Shown: positions 1-13,300 of the stretch, piece by piece | How positions within the stretch are numbered: position 1 is the first letter of the stretch | Layout of the letters: each line of letters begins with the position of its first letter | Origin: Laetmonice hystrix | Taxonomy: Eukaryota | Assembly (NCBI GenBank): GCA_965235115.1 | Contig: OZ249436.1 | Span: 38,876,001 to 38,940,000, forward strand | Direction of reading: 5' to 3' | Length of the DNA stretch: 64,000 nucleotides | Made by a program: the position numbers and the translations under genes | The notes under the pieces: generated by a model | What the model was told of the DNA's origin: nothing | Databases searched by the model: none | Seen by the model: only the letters and a program-made list of their open reading frames with translations

Positions 1-1182
1 GTTGTGCTTCGCCCGATGGGCCCCCTCTCAGATTTTCTGGATCCGCCCCTGCGGAGAGTGGGTGGATGGATCAGTTTATTAACAGGGGCGGTGTCCAATG
101 ACTTTTGTTTTTCATATTACACAACATTGTGTGTTATCGCACCCCCTGCATGGCGATAGGCCACGATATCACCGGTCGTCAAAATGCCCAAACTGAACAA
201 CACTGATGCATGCGCTTTTATAACCTGCCATTATAGCCTATATTATATGGAGACCATGCTCCATACAAGAGAAGAAGACAACAACGTTATGCAAAAGCCT
301 TATAACCGTTTACCACGACATGCTTATTGTCATTTAGGCCTAGCATTTTCAAAAAGCTTTCAGTCCCTTGGCAATGATCATCGGTTGACGACACTGACTG
401 TTTGAATTGTACCGACAAACTATTATAAAGCCTAGTAACAATTATTAACGGTTCGTTGTTCAGACAGTACAGATCCATGGATTATCAGCTAAGCTATGTT
501 AATCGCGGGTGTCTCCAAGTTCAGGTGTTAGAACCCCACTCCTCAGACATCCAGTCTAACCCTGCTCGGGGTCAACTTCAGGGACGTATAGGGGCCTGTG
601 TATACAGACGAGTATAGGGCCAGGTCCAATTGGATAGTGAACACCGACCCTCTGGGAGCCAACATCAGCTTGAGAGAATGTTATTGCTATCTAATGCATT
701 TTACACGCCCCTTTCCTCCCCCAAAAAAAGAAAATCAATTTAAATGTCACCTGGCGGCGGGGAGTAAACCGAATAATGTCGGCACACCCGGGGATGATAA
801 TCCAGCGTCCGACAGAGGAGATTATCCGGATTGCGGTCATGGATGTCTTGTGTATTCCGAGTGTATGTGGTGGGAGCCGATACATCACAGTCTGTAGGAT
901 TGGATGTGGAGTGGATTATGGCATTCACTGACACCTGGCTGGAGGGATTCAAGGCCAACCCCTCCCGTATCTATACTCGGGTTACCACCGACACATCGAC
1001 CATCTTTCTTAATAGTGACATGGTACAAAAATTCCGAGTGCTCATTATAAGATTATCTTAGCTTCTGCCTTGCCTTTACATTTAGCTGGTAAGGTTGTAG
1101 CCAATATATCATTGTTTTATTGAAGGAGGATTTGAGAACGGAGTTTTCTTAGAACGCTTTGGTAATTTTTCTGTCTGCATCT

Positions 1183-1218
1183 ATGTACATGTACATGTAC
1201 ATGTACATGTACATGTAC
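1183..1218. repeat. (ATGTAC)n hexamer microsatellite
   Basis: Six perfect ATGTAC units; the tract is self-complementary. Confidence 0.9.
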
Positions 1219-2912
1219 AGGGTGTCAATAGTAAAAGGTGCAAAAAGAGTCCATTAATTCCGTCACTGAAAGTGCACCAAATTGTGGAGCACTGGGGACG
1301 GCCAATGACAGAATAGAAGGACTAATACATCGTACCGAACTGATAATTCTGCAATCCCGCATTCAACCACTTCACTCCACCACCGTCGCCCCATTCGCCG
1401 CCTGTTACTATAAGCATACAGTGTTGGAACAATAATATTATTCTTCCCCCATGGGTTACAATGGGAAGACTTTCCGAAGGAGAATGGACTAAGTTTTCTT
1501 AAGAGTCTTTTTTAAAGTTAGATTTGATACTATCTTCGAAAACCATGCAATAATTATTATTGAATAAAACTATATTTTGCCGATCATAAATGTTGAACCA
1601 TATATATTAAAAGTATGATAGCATGTTAGAACCACTTGCTTGACACATTTTAAAAAATGTCTCCTTAATCCCACAAAATTATCCTTCAATGATAATATGC
1701 CGCTTAAACCCGAGAGCTGTTTGACCGAAACGTTATTTTTAGAACCCAACAGAGCTTAACTATAGTGTAGACTTCTGAAGGTAAGAGACATAACATAAAC
1801 CGACATAACCCTCTTGTTTTATGTCAATGTCATCTACGGACTGCCGAATGAACCCGCTCAAATTATTTTATAAAATCTAAATTAAAAACAATAAGAACAT
1901 GGGGAAGTTTATGGTATGGTGGAAAAAAAATGACCAAATTTATTTTAAGATTTACCGTAAACATTAAACTCTTTATAATAGTAAAATTAGTGATTTTCGG
2001 GTGGGGGGCTTGGGGGGATTTACACACATTCACCCGTGAACCCCAGCTATTCCTGGGGAAACCGTAACAAGCTTTTCTGTATCATTTTCCTTGCGATGAA
2101 ATCGGCATGGATCTGTGCATCACCGCCTGGGATGATAAAGTTCTCTTCAGGCGGACTTTGCGCCCCCGCCCCCCGCATTAACGTCATACAAAGTGCTCCA
2201 GTCGAGGGTGTGTGAATGAATGCTGGGGCCGGGCGGTCGGAGACGAATGGCCCGGGCGGTACTCGGGCCGGCGGCGGCGGCGGCGGCGGCCCGCCTCTGG
2301 CTGCCAGCAGACACACACCACACGCATGCCAACCGCACGACGACCCAATGAACGCTGCGCTAACATGATTAGTGATCAGATTGCGCGCATTTAGATGCCG
2401 ACAAGTCGTCGAACCGGGGGCATTTATTTCCGCCAACATTGTCGTTGGCATCCCCTGACTGTGTGAAATATTTTTGACCATAGTAATTGGATAATGAATC
2501 TAATAGAACAAGCATCCATCTCGACAACCTGACAGGCGAACTTGACAATAATTCAAAATGACCCTCGTGTGGCAGCCCTACCACAGACTACCTGTAAACA
2601 CCGATCGGGGGGAGGGGGGGGGTACCTTCTGCGTCTAGGTTAACTGTACTCATGTCTGACACATTTAGGAAAATTACCAGATCCAACATTCCCATCCCAA
2701 AAACATGCATTCTACTATAGTATTAACTTATTAAGTGCATATGCAGTGGAAGATATACACGAAAATGAGATTGTTTTTATAGACCAAGGAAGAATCCAGA
2801 ATTTTGGAAGGAGGTGGTGTGCCAAAGGGAGAATCTGGCAAGAAGTCTTCAAGAATGTTCTCACCATATGGATCTATAGTATAGAACCGCCTGTCTTGGC
2901 CTGTAGACCCTA

Positions 2913-3494
2913 CACTCTAAAAACAGATTGGTTAAAACAAGCAGGATCCTGGTTAAAACAACCAGGATCCTGGTTAAAATCAACCAATCTTCTGCATGGA
3001 TATGTGTCCAATCAATCTCATGGTCAAAATAACCAATCCAATATCGTTACCCTATTTTCCTCGTGTTGCTATCAATAAACCCCCGAGCGTTAGCGAGGGG
3101 TTTTATTGATAGCACCCCTCGGTTGATTATTTTTTCTCGAAAGAAACCAAGGAGTTCTAGACACAAAATTAACTTCTTATGTAAATAAATTGTTGAAAGT
3201 GAACAAAGAATCTAGAGGGATGTTCATAGCCTGGCCCCTTGCTTACCATACGTAGCAGTCAATATAGACCTAGGGACCAGGCTATAGGGTGTTGAGGGAA
3301 CACGAGGCCCGTCGACTGGGTGTGCGAGATTGATCAGTGACCAAGTTTTATTGGTTGAAACTGAAACCAAACATATTGGTTAGCTGCTAATGCACTGTAT
3401 TGGTCAAAAAGTATCAAGGTGCTTGGTTCAAACAACCAATATACGGCTAATCAACCATATTGGTTATTTTGTTAACCAATCTGTTTTTAGAGTG
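2913..3494. mobile_element. Non-autonomous DNA transposon (MITE) with CAC termini, EnSpm/CMC-like
   Basis: Perfect 23-bp TIRs CACTCTAAAAACAGATTGGTTAA (2913-2935 and 3472-3494), TA on both flanks, subterminal AACCAA/TTGGTT repeats. The superfamily assignment is inferred. Confidence 0.85.
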
Positions 3495-3539
3495 TATATA
3501 GACGTATAGGAACAATTACCTAGACCTATCCTACCTAAC

Positions 3540-3606
3540 AAACTACCTACCTACCTATACCTACCTACCTATAGGCCTACCTACCGACCTATAGGCCTAC
3601 CTACCT
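3540..3606. repeat. (ACCT)n microsatellite interrupted by TAGGCCTA
   Basis: Direct reading of the sequence. Confidence 0.8.
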
Positions 3607-3845
3607 AAATGTACCTTCTTAAACATTCGTTTCAAACAGGTTTCAATGGTTTCGATGAGGAGCTTTCGATGAGGCCTATAATAAGCGGCATAAATCTATC
3701 AATATTTCCCAGTTTTTAATGGTGCTGTGTGCCCTGGAGTTCATTCTTACAATATACAATATAGATTTCAGTTCTGCCCGGCCTTTCCCCTTGGCCTAGA
3801 AATAGGCTTGCATAAATTTCCGTACTTTAAACAATTTCTACATTC

Positions 3846-3897
3846 CCGCCAGAGGGCGCAATCCAGTAAATTGTTCGAAGAATCCACCAGAGGGCAG
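3846..3897 (+). promoter_or_regulatory. Tandem CTCF-like motifs
   Basis: CCGCCAGAGGGCGC (3846-3859) and CCACCAGAGGGCAG (3884-3897) closely match the CTCF core CCASYAGRKGGCRS. Confidence 0.5.
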
Positions 3898-6624
3898 ATC
3901 TGTATCACACTCTTGAACTATACTTTGGCATACTATAGTAACCTGACGACTATGATTTAAAACATGGTTTATTGTCCATGAATCACATACATACATTGTA
4001 TACATACATATTATACTAATATATATTATGACACTACCTTACCAATATCATTTCAACAGTATGCGTTGCTGCATGTCTCTAAAAACCCCATGAATGAACT
4101 TTACTGACTGTATGGGAAGACCATTTTTCTGTCTTAAAGGAGATTAAAATTACGCTTAAATTTATCAACAAATCCTCAAAAATAAACAATAGATCAGTCC
4201 GTGCCTTCATTATGATCAAGTTTACATAACATGTCACTTTGGAAATCGCCTAAAATCCGAGGAAAAACAACTTTCACATTCGTAATGGAACGGAGGAAAA
4301 AAACAAGAATACGATTTGTACTGGTGGTATTTGTAAACATTCACTGATTCGGACCGAAATAGATAAACTAAAATTCTCTTACTTCTCCAGGGTCATGTAC
4401 TATAATATTCGAACTGATTCTTTTACCAACGTTCTCTAATAAAAAAATATGTTTTTTTTTGTCCGGGAGTGGTTGCTGTTGTTATATTAATGAATATCGT
4501 CTTTACGTTCTCATTTTAAACCATTGAACGTGCATTGATGAACGATATAGACGGATTTGTTACACAACAGTGCCGACCGATGAAATACCAATGTTTGCAA
4601 TGGAGTATTTCTGTTATGTAGTCTTGACGTGAGTTGATTTCCAACAGAAAGCCCATCGCCAATGGTCTGTGGACAAATATTGGTCCTGATGTCTCAAGGA
4701 AATGAGTCGTTTGCCCTGACCATTATGGACGTGATGTTTTTTTGCCCACACAATCCGTCCATGATTGATGACGTCCTTGCACGTTTGTCATAAGGAATGT
4801 CTGAAAACATTACATTTCCATAGAAATCACATGTTATGGGCGTTATCAATACAGTTTGCGAGCTCCGAATGTCAACTGAATTTGTTATTATTTCGTCACA
4901 GTTCTACGGCCCATTGATTCCCAATTTCACCAAAATAACACTTGATTGACGACCAAAACGTAACTCGTCGGAAGCTATTCCCATGCCGACCAACAGAGCC
5001 AAGGCGAAATGCACTTCTCATTAAAACGCTGAAAACTAGGCCTAAATATATTCAGATATATGCATGCTGGAAACCTAACCGAGGGACACAAAACCTTTGC
5101 CACTGGGTAAGAACTTTTGTGGCGACGATTGATTGGGAGAAACTCTGGGACGATTTTTAAAACTCCGATAACGCCGCCATCGTTAGGAGCGGGTTAATGG
5201 GGAACGTGATAGCAGCGTTTCATCCGCACCAGTTAGCGTTCCGTATAAAATTTTCCGGGCTGGAAACATTGGTTTCCCCTCATCGATAGCGCTATCGGCA
5301 GATTTCTTTTTCCGTAATCTGCATCTTCTTTGTCGATACCTTGAGAGGCGTGTGCATGCGTTTGACTCGGTGGCGCGGTAGATACTTGCTGCGACGCTAT
5401 TTACCAAGCCCGGATCATTGAGAGAAACAACCTCCGTAATGACGGGTGACACAAACGATTTTAAATGAACACTCACAAGCATGAATTCCACGGTTGCCGT
5501 GCTCCCGCCGATAAGGCCTCGTTTGATGTCAAAAGGGGCCCGACTGCACAGATTATAACGGGTTGTGATCTGACTGCCTTGCTGATTCTCCTTTAACGAT
5601 TCGGGCGATGTCTCACGTGTTTCACGCCTGAGTGCCTAAATACGAACCCCTGGCTCGGCCTCTGGCTCGGACCCAGCGAGGCGTGGATGACCACCGCCCT
5701 AATGGTTATCAGTTGATGGTTGAGAGACAGGGCGAGGATGTCATTGTAAGGGATAGCGGCGGGTCGAGGGGAGAGGATCGCCGGTAGAACCAGCCACCCC
5801 CCCCCCTCCTCCCCCGGACACCACTGAGACCCCCTGCTAAGTCCGTAAACCGTCTCACACGACAAAGTAAGCCGACTTAGACTTTACTTATCCCACCCTT
5901 ACAGGGTTGTTTCCTTTGGCGCCGCTAGGAGACTGGATCTAATTTACACTGTTCGGATGATGCGGGGTATAAGCCGGGCCGATACCGTGGGCTTGGGGTG
6001 GAGTGTCGGTGCCAATTGTGGCGGGGGGCACACGGCTTGATCACAATGCCATGAGTGAGAGTTGCCGAGTGGTGACCGCCGACTCCAGGAGAAAAAAAAT
6101 AAAAGGGGGGGGGGGGGTCGCCGAAAGAAGACAGGGGGCTCCCCCGGCTGGACCCGAATAATAGGGATCTGTGGTATCAATCAGGCCTAGAGCAGATATA
6201 GCCAAAGTATTACAGCCTCAGCATATCGATATTTGTAATGTTACACTTCATCAGCGTCAGGCCACCTCCCGCCCCCGACCTCCCGCCCCCCGACCCTCGC
6301 TTTGTCCACGACCCGCCAACCCGTGAGGGACAGAGACACAATTTGCCGTGATAGCACCTCGGCTTCGACCACAACCACATTTGACAGATCTGACTGTCAG
6401 CCTACCCCCTCCCCCAGCAAATTGAATTTTCTGGCCCCCATCCAGTGTGGCTTGACCTCGAGACTGATAAATCTATAGAGCAGACAAGGAGGTATGGGTA
6501 GAATATCCGATGTTTTCTCAATCATACTGTCTTTTACTCCATCAGAGGGGTCATTCAGTTAGGTTAAAAATCTGCTAAATATTGTTCTTCAATATAGGAT
6601 ACACAATACAACCATCAAATGGTT

Positions 6625-6947
6625 GAGAGAGAGAGGGTGATAGAGAGAGAGAGAGGGTGAGAGAGATAGGGCGGTAGAGAGAGGGAGATAGAGAGGGAGA
6701 GAGATAGAGAGGGTGATAAAGAGGGTGAGAGGGATAGAGAGAGATAGGGTGATAGAGAGAGAGGGTGAGAGGGAGCTAGAGAGAGGGAGAGAAAGGGTGA
6801 TAGAGAGAGAGAGGGAGAGAGAGATATAGAGAGAGGGAGAGAGAGATATGGAGAGAGGGTGATAGACAGAGGGTGAGAGAGAGAGTGAGAGAGAGCGAGA
6901 GAGAGGAGATAGAGAGAGGGCGATAGAGAGAGGGTGACAGAGCGAGA
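6625..6947. repeat. Degenerate GA-rich microsatellite (GAGAGAGGGTGATA-like)
   Basis: About 320 bp purine tract; it explains the spurious SL-rich ORF 6615..7064. Confidence 0.9.
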
Positions 6948-7194
6948 CATCCGAAGTAAGATATTCAGTGGATACTGCGTGTCAAAGGGGAGAGTTAAAT
7001 GCTTCATGCCCTCATAATAGGCTCGAGGCGTAGCCGAGAGTTTATTTAGGGCAAGGTGCAGCACGAGGGTGTGACGGACGAATGCAATATCTACGTTTAC
7101 ACACGGTTAAAAATCCAAAGCTACAGCATGCCCTGATAAACATGATATTATCACAGAACATGACTTTCACCGGCGCCAGCGTGTTAAGCCTGTT

Positions 7195-7397
7195 AAGGCC
7201 TAGACACACATGGGCGTCAAGCGGCAAGCGTCGAGCGTCAAGCGTCATTTTGGAAATGACGCTCTGAATGCTCAGTATGGTTTTCTATTACACCGTTCAC
7301 ATATGGGCGGCGCGTCAAAAAACAACGCTTCCATATTTTCAAAATGACGCTTGACGTTCGACGCTTGCCGCTTGCCGACCATGTGTGTCTAGGCCTT
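7195..7397. mobile_element. Foldback MITE, PIF/Harbinger-like
   Basis: TIR AAGGCCTAGACACACATGG / CCATGTGTGTCTAGGCCTT, with imperfect pairing extending about 60 bp inward through CAAGCG/CGCTTG repeats. Confidence 0.85.
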
Positions 7398-10300
7398 GAC
7401 AGTAGGCCTATTTCTCCCTGACTGTGAAATTATGGGTCTCTGTGGTAATATTTCCACTCCTTCCTCCGCCGTGAAAACAAACTCGGGGTATGAACTGGTG
7501 GTTCGTAAGAGGCGACGAACGGGATGAGAAACTGGTGTGACCAAGCGGATGAGTTCATTCCTTAGTGCATGGATACGTTTCGTTTCCATTTCAGGGTCCC
7601 GGTCAAACCTCCAAGAAGGAATGTAGATTCTGTTTTAGTTAGGCCTCAAGGGCCTCAGACGTTTCAAGAACCTGTGGTGAAAGTATAGCTATAGGATCTG
7701 CCCTCATTATCTAAGTCTATCTGAACTCATCTCTGCTTTCGTCACCATCTATTTTATTATTCATAATACGATTCCTCAGCATCGATTCGGAGAGAGTTAG
7801 TGCTAAACGACAAAGCGACATGTAATCTGTTAGCTAAAGCCCCTGAAAGACAGCGTAGTATTGATTATTATTATATATAAGTATTATACAGTCGTTCTGC
7901 CATACTCCGCGCGTGGACTACCCATGCGATCACACTGGATTAATTTTGTAGGACATAATCGTGCCGGTTTGACGAGATTGTCATTTTGATCCTAGTACTT
8001 AGCGACAATACGAGGTGGTGGCGAGGAGCAGTTAAGAATGCATAACATAGGATTATGCCCAATTTACATAAACGCCGCCGAGCGCAGTCGTCCTGGGGAC
8101 AGACCACCGACTGGATCGTGCAGCCAACCCCCCCACGGTATGCAAGGATAGCCACGCATAATTTAACCACTTAACTGATAGGGCGACTCAAAGAATGGCA
8201 AAAGGTACGCTTCATCAAACCTAATTAAATGTGTGTCGACAGCTGCCTCACCTTTCGTCGCTATTTTCTGATAAAAAGACTATTAGTCTCTCGACTTGGG
8301 ACTGCAGCCATTCTGATCAACTCTCAGCGGGCCCAGACCGGGGGCGAGGCACACGACTCAGTTAAACTTGGCGGAAGTAATGTCGGTGCGTCCGTGTCGC
8401 CTGCTTTATGTTCCCCTGTCAGCGCTTTGATGTAGCGATAAACGTGTGAGCGCCGCATAAACATGAAATTGACAAGATGATTAATTTCATATCAGTCTCA
8501 CACGCGTTTGTGTCTGACAAATCTGGCAGACCATTTCTCGTCTTTGATCTCGCGTGAATCGGGGTTGAAGGGTGAGATTTTCGCACTTGGTCCGACTGGT
8601 TCACTTGGTGAATTTCACACTCATTCGAGTACTGATTGATGAAATTGATCCACGAAATTGATCCTATAATTATTCGATGGTTGCGTGGCGAGCACTCAAT
8701 CACACTGCCATAATAGCCTAGCCTACTAATAACGTAACAAGACCATTAAATTGGAGATTAATGGGATAACAACGTCACTGTATCTGTAGCTTGACTGGTC
8801 GCAGGAAGGAGCTTGTTGACACGCAAATTACGCTAACATCTCGGCCTGCCCGAGACCATCAATATGGCGGCCATGTATAGGTATAAGAACTGAGGATCAA
8901 TTCAGATATCAGGGACTGCTATACATCCTCCGTAATACAGAAGACTCTACTGCCATGTTATTTAGTCTAGGAGTTTAGATTACGATACGGCCAATTCAGC
9001 AATGTGGAAATTTGGTGCAAATGTGAAGTAGTATATGAAAAGTTATGGTTTGCATCGATATGTTGGGTGTGGAGTTATTAGGACTTAATTTCCAACTAAA
9101 CATCAGCGACTCTTGCACGCCGGCTGCTGTGGTATTGAGGCTCATGAGGAAACAGTTTTGTATATTTACTTTAGGTAGGTAGTCGGTAAGAGATCTGTCA
9201 GTATTGTTGGACAGAGGTGCAGATAATAGTAAGTAGTATAATGAAAGCGGTGTTCGGTGATGGCTATTAATCTGTGGTGTAGAGATAAAATAGGGCAGTG
9301 AATCAGAAGACTTTAGCAATTTGCAATCTCAGCGATTGCAGATGAAATGAACAGACGATTCCCACTGAGGATTATCCCCAATAGGCCTAATTATTATGGT
9401 CCCTAAATTCACAACTTACCTTTACTTTGTTTCTAACACTATTAGGATAAGTGACGATAATATTTGACTGAATGTTTGATCTGGTGGCGCCTGCCATAGA
9501 GAGGATGGCTAAAATGCAAGAAAATGGTTGAAAAGCATCTCCGAAGGAGCCTAGTCTCCAGATTTAGGAGAGCAGTAAGTAGTATAGTAAGAAAATATTT
9601 TGGATCAGGTTAAATGATCGCTAGTCCTCGCTAACTCATAGATCCATATAATTCTGATTTGTTCTGCTTTATCCTGCCACGTGGTCAATTTGGCCAACAT
9701 TGACGCCATTACTCTGATAAACCTTTGCATTGAATGTTGATGACTGTTCAAAAGAAAAGTCACGTATTCACATGTAGAAGTACACACGTAGTTCATGCCC
9801 TGCAATGACTTCTGAAATGCTATGCCACTTGATTAAGATGGATATACTGCAGGAAATGACGGATGAAGCTGCAGCCAGGACAAAGCCGAGAACTCTTTGA
9901 CCTAAAGCATGATTTAGGACCCGGAACAGCTTACCTCATATAGAGTCCTTATTGTACGGGACTTTACATAGGCTGGCCTTATACCCTCCAACAACTGTTT
10001 TATGTGAATGTAATCTGTCGAGCGGACTGTCCACTTGTGCCAGGGCCGCCGAGGACCCGTAGAACATATATGGATGTCCGTTTAATGCACACCCCCAAGT
10101 CGGCAAATCCGCCCGCGTTTGGAACCAGTGGTGTGTTTAGGGAGAGAAGCTGAGCAGGGGTGATTTACATTGGTCATGTTGCATAAGCAGCGTGCCAGCG
10201 TTATGAATGAAGTGGGATTTGGAATATCAATTGCTTTCGATTTGGGATCCCTATCTTTGTGTATTATTTGACAGGGTTAAAGACGTTTATTTGTATTATA

Positions 10301-13300
10301 CGGAATGTAAATCGATCCGGGGTTGGCACTTGTCATCCATTTGCCAGTGGCCTGTAATCTGGCACCGGGTTCGCCCTGACTCCCTCCTCCTGCCGACGAC
10401 CCGGCCATGAGGCGAGCCGGACGGCAGGCAAGACGAACACAGATGTAATCGCCAGTTTATAGATGATCCACGTCATTACTAATAAGAATTAGGGGAACCG
10501 GCTTTATTAGGAGACTAGGATTTCCCAGAGAACGGCGCCTTGCCCCTTGGAGAAGTGGGTATATACATCTGACCAGGCCAACATGCCCAGCGTGTTTACA
10601 AGAGTTAATGGTACTGACCTACAGCAAGCTACACGGAGCGCGGTCCAACAGTTGACCCCCAGCCTAATGCCGCCTCGGCTGCTATCGTTCATCCCCCATA
10701 TGCACGAGATCATCAATATGCAGTATGGAGGGGGCACTATTGCCCTGACGCCAAAGCTCAATTTGACGACCTGCCGGGAAGGCTGAGCTCACGCCCGCCC
10801 ATACTCAGTCGTTTGCATTTGTTTGGGAGACACATGCAAGTTTCATCTGAGTCGACCGGATTACTGGTCGGACGGTGTGGGGTCGAGCAGCACCCGGTAC
10901 GATCTGAAGTCAGGATGTTCTTCCTGACAAGATGGAAGGAAATAAATCATTGTTTTGAAAATGCCGTTGAAACTGCATGGTATTCAGGAAGGTCTGGTAT
11001 AGGGAAGATTTGTTAATTTAGTTCTATTGTATGCACGCTAACCCTCTGACTCTCTGCCTGTGCGTCTGGTGTCGCTGCTGCCCAATTATTTCCGCCCCAT
11101 TCACCCTTCTAGACATTGACGTTTATTTAGAAAAGATACTGTTAAAAAAGAAATTCATATAGGGGTGTATAAAGTTGTTCGCAATAAAATAGCTTATTAT
11201 TATGGTTTAAAATATCACTATAATGACAGGAAATCTTGCAAACTAGGTCACAGAAAAAACCATTGGGGATTCCAAGTTCCGTTAACCATCCACCTACTTT
11301 CATGTCTACATTGTATAGCAGTACATGTCAGGATGATTCACCCGCTGGACGATTGTGTCACAATGTTCTATAATCAGTGATTTGTCTTGCTGTCAGGAAA
11401 GCACTTTTTCAAGAATATCGCCCCGCGGTTTACATTGTGACGCGCTGGTTGCTGAAACAGACGACACGCTAACCGAGTGACCGTTTGGCGCCATCCCGCT
11501 CACTTGTCGCGAGGCCCGCCAAAATACGACACGGACGTGGCGAATATGCAAGAGGTTGACTGGCTGTCGATGTCATCTGGCCTGACGATGGGCCCCTGAT
11601 GACGGTTGCACTCGGGGTCAGCGCACAACGAGACAAATGACAAGGGCCCCAGCGGACCCCGATCTGATTGGGAGATGCCCCCTGATCCTATCGCTGTCCC
11701 TGCCGCCGTGACAGGCTAAATCCTCCGTGGTGAGATGGGCCCGCTTCTTTGTCTGTATCGCTGCTTTTGTTTCACTGTGCAAGGCAGACCTATAACCCAT
11801 GCATGCAATCTACTAAAAACCGTTTCAAGCGAGAAAAGGAAATTATCTTAAACCATAGGTGTAGGCCAACAGACTAATATTTACGCTCTGGGTCTAATTA
11901 AATGTAGCCTGGACAGCAAGTGAATAGAAAGACAATAAAAAAAAGGGGGGGGGGGTTCTTCTCCGACTACATTGTCGTATACTACGATCAAAAATTACAA
12001 GGTTGTTTTAATAGGTTACCAATATTGCTTGAGGTTATGGCAGTAAATAGTCAAATCGACTTAAACAATATTTTGGACTAGACTAAAGATGAGGTGCCGT
12101 GGCTGGCGCCTCTGTGCAGTCAGAACAAATGCGCATATTGGGCGAGTCCCGCCGGAGATTGTCTGATTAAATGATCTTGTCTATCTTGTAGTCCTCCTGA
12201 CTTTCTAATAGCCTCCTGTCCCCAGGTGGCCTCATCACACATTTAAAAGCCTCTTGAAACACATTAGGTGACACTAAACGGGCCTGCAAGGGCACACACC
12301 ACACATAACGGGGGTCGAGTAATGAGTTGGGTCCGAGCGGTCAGCAGAACGTCGACAGACAACATGCAGTGATGTTGTGTCGTGAGTGTACACGTTTCTC
12401 TATACTCATGACAAACCGTGCACTTTTCAATTTGATCACCTCTCCGACGTTCAGATGATTTGCAAGCGCCATGTGACTTACGATTCGCTTGGACGTCTTA
12501 GCCCGTCCTTGTGTGGAGAGTTGAAGACGTGATTGGCAGAACGTCATTTTGTTCCTGATCTCAAGGCTGCTCCGTGGAGGTGAGTTGACCTAGTGCCCCC
12601 GATCCGTGTGAATATACAAAATGTACCAAACGTGGCTCCAGTTATTGAAGTTCAGCTACCAAAATATATTTGTTAACGCCAACCAATCTTTTACAGGCTA
12701 ATCTTTCAATTCTCTTTTCATAATCAAAGAAGGGTTAAGAAAGGATGCTGTGGGGCTGCATTTGCATGGCCTGTTAGCTGGTGTTCCAAGATAATAACGT
12801 ACTATAGAATGCGGGGTCTACAATGAGCCTACAATGAGTATTTTCTGTAACATATTTCTGAGCATGTATCACCATAAGTTACTATACAAAGGTTACAGTC
12901 ACTCAGGTCAAGAGATTTATAGTACATAGCTAGTGTCCTTCCGGTTCATGAAATATCATGAGAACATTTTAGAATTTCTAACGCCTTATGGGGGTTTAAT
13001 TTGTGTTCTACACAGTATCCACCATAGATACCCGCTGTACAAATCCTTTTTTGAAGTCTGAGGGTTTCTTTATGGTCTACAAATTTGTACGAACGCGTTT
13101 TCTGGATGTGAAAAAACGCCGGATGCGAATCTGCCATTTTTTATTGAAGGGACTGGCTTCGTTCAGTTGCTGGCAATTGATCGCGACATATACCCAGCAC
13201 AGGGTTCAGCGGTGGCATTACTATGACATAAGACAATATATGAGACACTACTGCATCTTCATGAGACCCTCCTATGTGAACTTAGATGGCAGAATCGTGG

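Noticed and set aside
1216..1240. TA-CAGGGTGTC as a mariner-like left terminus
   Set aside because: No matching right terminus was found nearby.
2225..2300. Similarity or complementarity between this (CGG)n tract and the GC-rich Pitx-B 3' UTR (46930-46990)
   Set aside because: Low-complexity GC sequence; the match is short and likely to arise by chance.
4500..4920. Possible decayed Tc1-like transposase on the minus strand
   Set aside because: There is only a vague peptide resemblance, with multiple stops and no TIR pair found; BLASTx would be needed.
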